Below are positions 57,405 through 64,000 of a stretch of 64,000 nucleotides of DNA, in pieces. A model generated the notes under the pieces. The model saw only the letters and a list, made by a program, of their open reading frames with translations. It was not told where the DNA came from and made no database searches. The position numbers were made by a program, and so were the translations under genes. The stretch lies in contig OY970208.1 of NCBI GenBank assembly GCA_963713865.1, positions 1,728,001 through 1,792,000 on the forward strand, written 5' to 3'. Position 1 is the stretch's first letter, and each line of letters opens with the position of its first letter. This stretch comes from an uncultured candidate division Zixibacteria bacterium (lineage in GTDB: Bacteria; Zixibacteria; MSB-5A5; RBG-16-43-9).

Positions 57405-57869
57405 ATGAAGAACATGTCAAATGATATTACGATTAATCCGGCAACAGAAGCTGACTTACCATCAATCAAACCATTACTCCTGGAATTGATGGATGCAATG
57501 GACAACACCGAAGGTTTTGACGTAGAACAATCATTGGAGAACTGCCGTACCCTGATCAAAGATCATGCTCATTATATGCTTTTGGCAAAAGATAAGGATA
57601 AGGTAGCAGGATTGGTAAACTTCACGACGAGAAAAACGATAATGCATTCAGGTCCATCAGGACTTATAGATGAGTTGATTGTTTCCAGAAGTCATCGAGG
57701 TCTGGGAATTGGAAAACAACTGATCTTAGCTGCTATCCAAAAATGTCGAGAGCTTGACTGTTGTGAAGTCGAAGTCAGCACAGAAAAAAGCAATACAAAG
57801 GCAAGAGAGTTCTACCAGAGATGTGGTTTTGAAGAGGATGCGGTCTTGCTGGAAATAGATTTAAAGTAG
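57405..57869 (+). CDS. GNAT acetyltransferase
   Basis: V...HRGLGIG..L, N..A.EFYQRCGF. Confidence 0.88.
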   Translation: MKNMSNDITINPATEADLPSIKPLLLELMDAMDNTEGFDVEQSLENCRTLIKDHAHYMLLAKDKDKVAGLVNFTTRKTIMHSGPSGLIDELIVSRSHRGLGIGKQLILAAIQKCRELDCCEVEVSTEKSNTKAREFYQRCGFEEDAVLLEIDLK

Positions 57870-57964
57870 TAGTAGATCAGGAATCCCATTTCCTGAAACT
57901 AATTATTTGTCAGGTGCACTGGGCACCTGACCTACAGGGCTGAAATTGCTTGACTGAGAGAAAC

Positions 57965-58446
57965 ATGAAAGAAAAAAAGGAGAGCATCCATTTGGTGATG
58001 CTGGACAGTTGATATTGCTTGGGCTGTTTCTAATTATCTGGGTGGCGGATTCGTTTATCCTGCGAAAATCAACGTTTCTGTCGAATTACTTGCCGCCTTA
58101 TGTTCGTTTAGTCGTTTTGGGCATTACACTTATTATAGCTGTGTTTCTTTTCAGGTCAGGTCATGTTGTCGTCAGTCAAGAGCAAAGGCCAAACAGGGTA
58201 GTAGTAAACGGAGCGTTTAGGTACGTAAGACACCCTTTGTACTTAGCCAGCATATTAGTTTACCTCGGACTGGCCGTCTCTACTGCTTCACTTTTCTCTT
58301 TTATGTTACTTGTTGGGATATGGATTTTCCACAATTACATTGCAAGCTATGAAGAGAAACTGCTGGAGGCAAAGTTTGGAGAGGAATACCGGAGGTATAA
58401 AAAGCGAACAGGGAAATGGATGCCAAGAATCGGCAGAGTGCGTTAA
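57965..58446 (+). pseudogene. Isoprenylcysteine carboxyl methyltransferase/PEMT-family membrane protein with an apparent 1-nt frameshift in an A tract near the start
   Basis: YVRHPLY, YEEKLL..KFGEEY..Y; ATG 57965 is out of frame by one base across A7 (57972-57978). Confidence 0.65.
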
Positions 58447-58486
58447 GTAGTAGACCCGTAATCCTGTGCTCCTGACAATATTCCTT

Positions 58487-59269
58487 ATGAAAAACCTGAG
58501 AACATACGGAAAAACGCCCTTTAACGTCGCTGTGATTCACGGTGGTCCAGGTGCAGCTGGTGAGATGGCTCCAGTAGCGCGTGAACTCGCATCCAGCCGG
58601 GGTATTTTGGAACCGCTTCAAACTGCAGTATCGCTCGAAGGACAAGTCGAAGAGTTAAAAACTGTTCTGGAAAAGAAGGGGGACCTTCCCATTATATTGA
58701 TCGGCTTTTCCTGGGGAGCTTGGCTCAGTTTTATATTTGCTGCTAATTATCCTGCATTCGTAAATAAACTGATACTCATCGGAAGCGGTCCCTATGAAGA
58801 AAAATATGCTGCAAAAATTTTAGAGACCAGGTTGAACCGCCTCAGTGAGGAGGATAGAACAGAGGTCAAATCTATCCTTGAAGTTTTAGACAATCCTGAA
58901 GCTGAGGACAAAGGTAAGGCATTTGCGCGGTTCGGAGCATTATTCTCAGAAGCCGATACGTATGATCCAATAATGTCCGAATCTGTAGTAATTGATTGCC
59001 GGGTTGATATTTTTCAAAGCGTGTGGAAGGATGCCGGGGAACTGAGAAGGAGCGGGAAGCTTCTGGAACTTGGGAAACATATCAAATGTCCGGTGGTTGC
59101 GATCCACGGCGACTACGATCCCCACCCGGCTGAAGGAGTCCAAAAGCCCTTGTCTGTCATTCTAAAGAACTTCCGATTTATCCTGCTTACAAACTGTGGG
59201 CACAAACCCTGGATTGAACGGAAAGCGAGGGGAGAGTTTTTTCGAATCCTCGAAGAGGAATTGCATTAA
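58487..59269 (+). CDS. Alpha/beta hydrolase
   Basis: HGGPG, GFSWG, HGDYD, CGH.PW. Confidence 0.9.
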   Translation: MKNLRTYGKTPFNVAVIHGGPGAAGEMAPVARELASSRGILEPLQTAVSLEGQVEELKTVLEKKGDLPIILIGFSWGAWLSFIFAANYPAFVNKLILIGSGPYEEKYAAKILETRLNRLSEEDRTEVKSILEVLDNPEAEDKGKAFARFGALFSEADTYDPIMSESVVIDCRVDIFQSVWKDAGELRRSGKLLELGKHIKCPVVAIHGDYDPHPAEGVQKPLSVILKNFRFILLTNCGHKPWIERKARGEFFRILEEELH

Positions 59270-59463
59270 TGAATGCGCGGGGCACTGTGAGGACGGAATC
59301 AAGTTTCGCAGATCAACAAGGGTAATTCAGGAATTACCCCTGCTCTATTCTGCTATAATCTATCTTTTATATGCATCCCCTAAAACAATTTTCCTTGACA
59401 GTTTTGAAATATAAGATTATTTAAGAAGTGAAGACAATTAATAGTTATCCTCATAGATTGAAA

Positions 59464-61959
59464 ATGGATTACAAAGAAAGAAAATCAGTTATCTTTTTCC
59501 TAGTGATATCTATTTTATCTCTGTTAATAGGCGTGTGGGGGACTGTCAGATTAAGCAAACGCCCAGGGATAAATGCTGATTTTGAGGTCTCAGATAGCCA
59601 TCTCCAGGTTAGCCGGCTTATCTCTGGCAGCCCGGCTGATAGGGCTGGGCTTAGCACTGGCGACCTTCTTCTGGAAGTGGATAAAAATCCTGTCCAGAGC
59701 AGTAGCGACTTGAACTTTTACATAGATCAGAAAAAAGCAGGTGATTTTGTTGATTTAACTTTACAGAGAAATGGAGAAAAATTCAATGCATCGGTACAAT
59801 TAGAGAAAAAAGAAGGTGGTTTATTCATATTAGTTCATTTTTTAATCGGTCTTTTCCTGTGGCTGGTTGGAGTCTTCGTATTTCTGAAAAAACCCAAAAG
59901 CCAGGTTACCAAGATTTTCTTAACCTCCTCTTTATCTTTTTCGCTGGCAATATTCATCTCCTGGGAGGGTTTTCCATTTGGTCCAAAAATCCTGGGTTTC
60001 ATTCTGCCTTCTATCCAGATATTTGCATATACCCTTATTCCAGCCCTTTTTTTCCATTTTTCTTTGATTTTCCCAAGAGAAGAAGAGATCTCGACCCAGA
60101 AGAAACCTTTGATCTATTCGGTATATCTTCCCAGCCTGGTCCTCATACTTTTAATGGAACTATTTTACTGGAGATCGATTTCAGCAAACTCCCTGTCGAT
60201 ATTCCAGGTATATAAAACGTTTTTTATGTATTCTCGAATATATCTGGTGGTCTATGTTCTTTTCGGTCTTATAGTTTTATACCAGACTTATATTAAGTTA
60301 GAGTTCTTAGAAGACAAAAGGAAAATCAAATGGATTTTCTGGGGGATATTGGTAGGGACTTTCCCTTTTTTCTTTTTATATATCCTGCCAGACGTTTTCC
60401 TTGATAAGATTTTTATCCCTGAGGTAATCTATCTTCTGTTTATGCTGGTTATCCCGATCTCCTTTGCCTTTTCCATCCTCAAATACCAGACTATGGATAT
60501 TGATGTAGTGGTCAACCGCAGTCTGGTTTATTCTCTCTTAACTGGGCTTATCGTGGGTATATATCTTTTAATAGTTGGACTTTTAGGTGAGATACTACAA
60601 AGATCCACTGGATATCAGGGAAGCTTTTTCCCCATTTTAGCCACCCTAGTTGCAGCTTTGCTCTTTACCCCGGCTAAAAACAGGATAAAAGTTCTGGTAG
60701 ATAAAACCTTTTACCGGGTAAGATATGATTACCGGAAATCAATCCAGAAATTCACCCGTCAGGTAAATCTTGCTTTCACTCATAAAGAGTTGTTAGAACT
60801 GCTTTTAAAAAAGATCGATCTTCTGCTGGCTGTCAACCGTATATTGATATTTCTTAAAAAAAGCGAAGCAGAGGAATTCGAAATAGCAAATTCGTTAGGT
60901 TTTTCTGAAGAGGAAATAGGAGAAATTGAGAGGGAGAAGAATGTCTTCCTGGCAGACTTATTTAAAACCAAAATAAACCAGGGGGTTAAAGGTTCTACCG
61001 CTTTCCGGGAGATTAAAGTTTTGCCTGAAAATCAGTTCCTGAAGAAATATGAAATTAAATTATCCTTTCCCTTATTAGCCAAAGAAGAGTTGTCCGGTTT
61101 GCTGTTAATCGGCAAGAAAAAATCGGAAATCAGGTATTCGGTGGAGGATGTGGAGCTTATCTCCTTGATGGTCCAGGCGGCGGCTCAGTCTCTTCAAAAT
61201 ATAGAAATGAGGGAGAGGATAATAGCTGAGCAATTAGAGAAAGAAAAGTTAGAGGAGTTAAATAAACTGAAGACCAAATTCATCTCCAATGTTTCTCATG
61301 ATCTCAGAACGCCTCTGACTGCCATTCGATTTTCAGTAGATAATATGCTGCAGGGGGTATGTGGAAATATTACCGAGGAAAGCAGGAGATGTTTGTCGAT
61401 GATCAGGGAAAGTACCTTATATTTTTCGAGAATGATAGAGAACCTTTTGACTCTGTCGATGAGCGAATTGGGGGGAATAGCCTTGAATAGAGAAAAGCTC
61501 GATTTGTCCCAGGTGTTGGACAAAGCATGCAATATGGTTAAATTACTGGCAGAACAGAAAGGTATCAGTTTGGTCAAAGAGGAACTTGAAAATATTTCTG
61601 TTTATGCAGACCAGCATTGTTTATTACAGATTCTTCTGAATTTGATGGATAATGCTATAAAATTCACCGAAACCAGAGGTAAGGTTTGCATTTCAGCGAA
61701 AAGAATAGAAGGGGAAAAACTGGTAGAGATCTCGGTTGCGGATAACGGAATGGGAATATCTCCTGAAAATCTGGAGAAGATCTTCGAGAGGTTCCATAAA
61801 ATTACACCGGCTGGAACAGTTGGAGAGAAAGGTTTGGGTATCGGGCTGGATATTGTGAGGAATTTAGTTCATCTTCAAGGAGGAGAGATAAAAGTGGAAA
61901 GTCCCGTCTCCGGAACAGGCAAAGGGGCTAAATTCAGTTTTACCTTACCGCAGAGTTAA
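59464..61959 (+). CDS. Sensor histidine kinase with a periplasmic PDZ domain, multi-TM region and GAF-like domain
   Basis: GSPADRAGL..GD PDZ; about 8-9 TM helices; VSHDLRTPL, NAIKF, DNGMGI, GLGIGL. Confidence 0.9.
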   Translation: MDYKERKSVIFFLVISILSLLIGVWGTVRLSKRPGINADFEVSDSHLQVSRLISGSPADRAGLSTGDLLLEVDKNPVQSSSDLNFYIDQKKAGDFVDLTLQRNGEKFNASVQLEKKEGGLFILVHFLIGLFLWLVGVFVFLKKPKSQVTKIFLTSSLSFSLAIFISWEGFPFGPKILGFILPSIQIFAYTLIPALFFHFSLIFPREEEISTQKKPLIYSVYLPSLVLILLMELFYWRSISANSLSIFQVYKTFFMYSRIYLVVYVLFGLIVLYQTYIKLEFLEDKRKIKWIFWGILVGTFPFFFLYILPDVFLDKIFIPEVIYLLFMLVIPISFAFSILKYQTMDIDVVVNRSLVYSLLTGLIVGIYLLIVGLLGEILQRSTGYQGSFFPILATLVAALLFTPAKNRIKVLVDKTFYRVRYDYRKSIQKFTRQVNLAFTHKELLELLLKKIDLLLAVNRILIFLKKSEAEEFEIANSLGFSEEEIGEIEREKNVFLADLFKTKINQGVKGSTAFREIKVLPENQFLKKYEIKLSFPLLAKEELSGLLLIGKKKSEIRYSVEDVELISLMVQAAAQSLQNIEMRERIIAEQLEKEKLEELNKLKTKFISNVSHDLRTPLTAIRFSVDNMLQGVCGNITEESRRCLSMIRESTLYFSRMIENLLTLSMSELGGIALNREKLDLSQVLDKACNMVKLLAEQKGISLVKEELENISVYADQHCLLQILLNLMDNAIKFTETRGKVCISAKRIEGEKLVEISVADNGMGISPENLEKIFERFHKITPAGTVGEKGLGIGLDIVRNLVHLQGGEIKVESPVSGTGKGAKFSFTLPQS

Positions 61960-61979
61960 GGGAAAAGAAAGGTAAATTT

Positions 61980-63344
61980 ATGTCACAGGAGAAGATCTTG
62001 ATTGTAGATGATGACCCTCAGATCAGGAGTCTATTAGCTGAAAGGTTGAGGTTTCATCAATATCGGGTTTTTACCGCAGAGGATGGAGAAGAAGGACTGA
62101 ATATATTCAGGAAGGAAGGGGTGGATCTGGTGCTGTTGGATTTAATGATGCCGAAGTTAGACGGAATAGAGACCTTGCACCGAATGAAAAAAGAAGAGCC
62201 GGAAGTCCTGGTGATAATGCTGACCGCTTTTGGCACAATTGAGAAAGCGGTAGAGGCCATGAGAAAAGGGGCTTTTGATTTTATACCCAAACCCTGCGAG
62301 CCGGAACATATTCTAATGACAGTTGAGAAAGCTCTGGAAAGAAAAAATCTTTTTCAGGAAAGAGAGTATTTAAAAAAGGAGATAGATAGCCAGTATGATA
62401 TCGTTTGGGGAGAAAGCGCAGAGATGAAAAAGATCAAAGAGCTTATCCTGAAAGTAGCCAGTACCAAATCCACGATTTTGATCCAGGGAGAAAGCGGTAC
62501 CGGGAAACAGGTATTAGCCCGGGCAATTCATAATCTCAGCAATAGAAAAGACAAGCCCTTTGTCTATGTTAACTGTGTGGCTTTATCTGAACAGCTTTTG
62601 GAGAGTGACCTTTTCGGACATGAGAAAGGAGCATTTACCGGTGCTTATCAGAGGAAAAAGGGGAGATTGGAAACTGCCCATACCGGGACCGTTTTCCTGG
62701 ATGAGATCGGTGACATAACTCCAGTGATTCAGACCAAATTTTTACATTTCCTGGAATCAGGCGAGTTCGAAAGGGTGGGGGGAACTCAGACTCAGAAAGT
62801 GGATGTCAGGATCATTGCGGCTACTAATCGCGATCTATCCAGAGCATTAGAGGAGAAAAAGTTCAGAGAGGACCTTTTTTTCCGGCTAAACGTGATTTCC
62901 ATAACCATCCCTCCACTGCGCACTAGAAAAGAAGATATACCCGTTTTAGCCAATTATTTTTTACAAAAATTAAACCAAGAGATGAAAAAGAGAATAGTAT
63001 CCATAGACCCTCAAGCTTTAGAACTGTTTTTAACCTATAACTGGCCTGGAAATATAAGAGAACTGCAGAATATCCTGGAAAGAGCCGTAGTGTTAGCCCC
63101 AGGGAATGCAATCACCTCCGATCTGGTCTTGTCTCAGGTAACCTCGAAAAAGAAAGAGGAGATTTCAGCCGGTGTGCCATTAGAGGAAGCTTTAAAGAAG
63201 TTCAAAAAAGAGTTTATCTCCCAGACGTTAACTTTGACTAAAAACAATCAATCTCAGGCTGCCAAGCTATTGGATATTCAAAGGACTTATCTGAATAGGT
63301 TAATTAAAGAGCTTGAAATTGAACCGGGTTCTTCCGAGTCTTAA
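61980..63344 (+). CDS. Sigma-54-dependent response regulator
   Basis: REC, GESGTGKQ, GAFTGA, WPGNIREL, Fis-type HTH. Confidence 0.95.
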   Translation: MSQEKILIVDDDPQIRSLLAERLRFHQYRVFTAEDGEEGLNIFRKEGVDLVLLDLMMPKLDGIETLHRMKKEEPEVLVIMLTAFGTIEKAVEAMRKGAFDFIPKPCEPEHILMTVEKALERKNLFQEREYLKKEIDSQYDIVWGESAEMKKIKELILKVASTKSTILIQGESGTGKQVLARAIHNLSNRKDKPFVYVNCVALSEQLLESDLFGHEKGAFTGAYQRKKGRLETAHTGTVFLDEIGDITPVIQTKFLHFLESGEFERVGGTQTQKVDVRIIAATNRDLSRALEEKKFREDLFFRLNVISITIPPLRTRKEDIPVLANYFLQKLNQEMKKRIVSIDPQALELFLTYNWPGNIRELQNILERAVVLAPGNAITSDLVLSQVTSKKKEEISAGVPLEEALKKFKKEFISQTLTLTKNNQSQAAKLLDIQRTYLNRLIKELEIEPGSSES

Positions 63345-63645
63345 AAGTTTGTCTGCGTTGATTATATAACTTAATAATATCTCGAACATTTGACGGTGAG
63401 TTTAGAGTCGTATTCAATGCGTCTCTATATCTTCGTCATTTCTATTATTCGTTTATTGGCAAGGCAAGGTTCAGCCTTGCTTTTTACTGTTATATATTAT
63501 TTTACATATCAGTATATTTTTCTATAACAATTTTAATCTCACAAATATTCTCTATTTGATAAAATACTTTATCCAGCAATACCATCTCATTGTATAGTAA
63601 ACACTTAGCACTCTCCAAAATTATTCATTCTTTCTATCTTCTCAC

Positions 63646-63661
63646 TGGCATATCTATTGCA
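63646..63661 (+). promoter_or_regulatory. Sigma-54 -24/-12 promoter
   Basis: TGGCATA-tcta-TTGCA with canonical spacing. Confidence 0.8.
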
Positions 63662-63698
63662 TTTCATCATAAACGAAAACTTTTAAAGGAGAGAGAAG

Positions 63699-64000
63699 AT
63701 GAAAAAGTTAAAGGTTCTTTTAGTAGGGTTGGGATTCGGTTCAGTCCTAATAGCTGGTAGTATTGAAAATTCTCTAGCTGAGACCAAAACCAAGTTTACG
63801 GCTTCAGATACGATATCGGCTAATACTGAGCAAATGGTCTACCAACAACAGCAAAACAGTCAGGAGATGAAACATAAAAAGAAATTCTCGTTCACGCCAA
63901 GGCCGTTATTGGAGTGCAAATCATTTCTGATAACTGAATTTGGATTTTCCTTTGGCTTAGACAAGCCGTCGGACAAAACAAATCTCCGACTTTTGACCTG
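63699..64000 (+). CDS. Secreted/envelope protein, truncated by the window end
   Basis: AAGGAG RBS; MKKLKVLLVGLGFGSVLIAG signal-like N-terminus; open to the end of the window. Confidence 0.7.
   Translation, partial: MKKLKVLLVGLGFGSVLIAGSIENSLAETKTKFTASDTISANTEQMVYQQQQNSQEMKHKKKFSFTPRPLLECKSFLITEFGFSFGLDKPSDKTNLRLLT

Noticed and set aside
63605-63631. TTAGCACTC half-CIRCE
   Set aside because: No GAGTGCTAA right arm at 9-nt spacing and no chaperone gene downstream.

Overview
AT-rich bacterial chromosomal window, probably from a candidate-phylum Zixibacteria-like organism (inferred from three secreted proteins ending in the dockerin-like motif G-D-x-N-x-D-xx-VSVSDVVYLINYLFKGG-P). From 1-13.3 kb is a dense signalling island: a hybrid kinase, a sigma-54 activator and a WYL regulator; two tandem units of [Cys-rich peptide / WYL tail, shared operator-like motif, HisKA-like protein with Tyr in place of the phospho-His, conserved multi-hairpin element]; then a two-CW protein, TonB-dependent receptor, YfiR, HAMP kinase, two receivers and a REC-GAF kinase. 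Housekeeping genes follow (efp with an atypical loop, rnhC, ABC1/UbiB kinase, CIRCE-hrcA-grpE-dnaK, dnaJ, miaB, rubrerythrin, dxr, rseP, lepB, ccmABCDEF, an 11-heme cytochrome c/cytochrome b fusion, tRNA-Arg, tRNA-Glu). A Gabija-like OLD nuclease + UvrD pair sits between dnaJ and miaB. After the tRNAs is an accessory region (Mrr-like nuclease with an attC-like site, a direct-repeat-flanked dockerin protein, redox, ABC and assorted enzymes), separated by many REP-like palindromes. The window ends with a PDZ kinase / sigma-54 activator pair and its probable target gene. All calls come from motif reading only; no database search was run. The best candidate for an undescribed system is the WYL / pseudo-HisKA / structured-RNA circuit at 1.6-6.3 kb.
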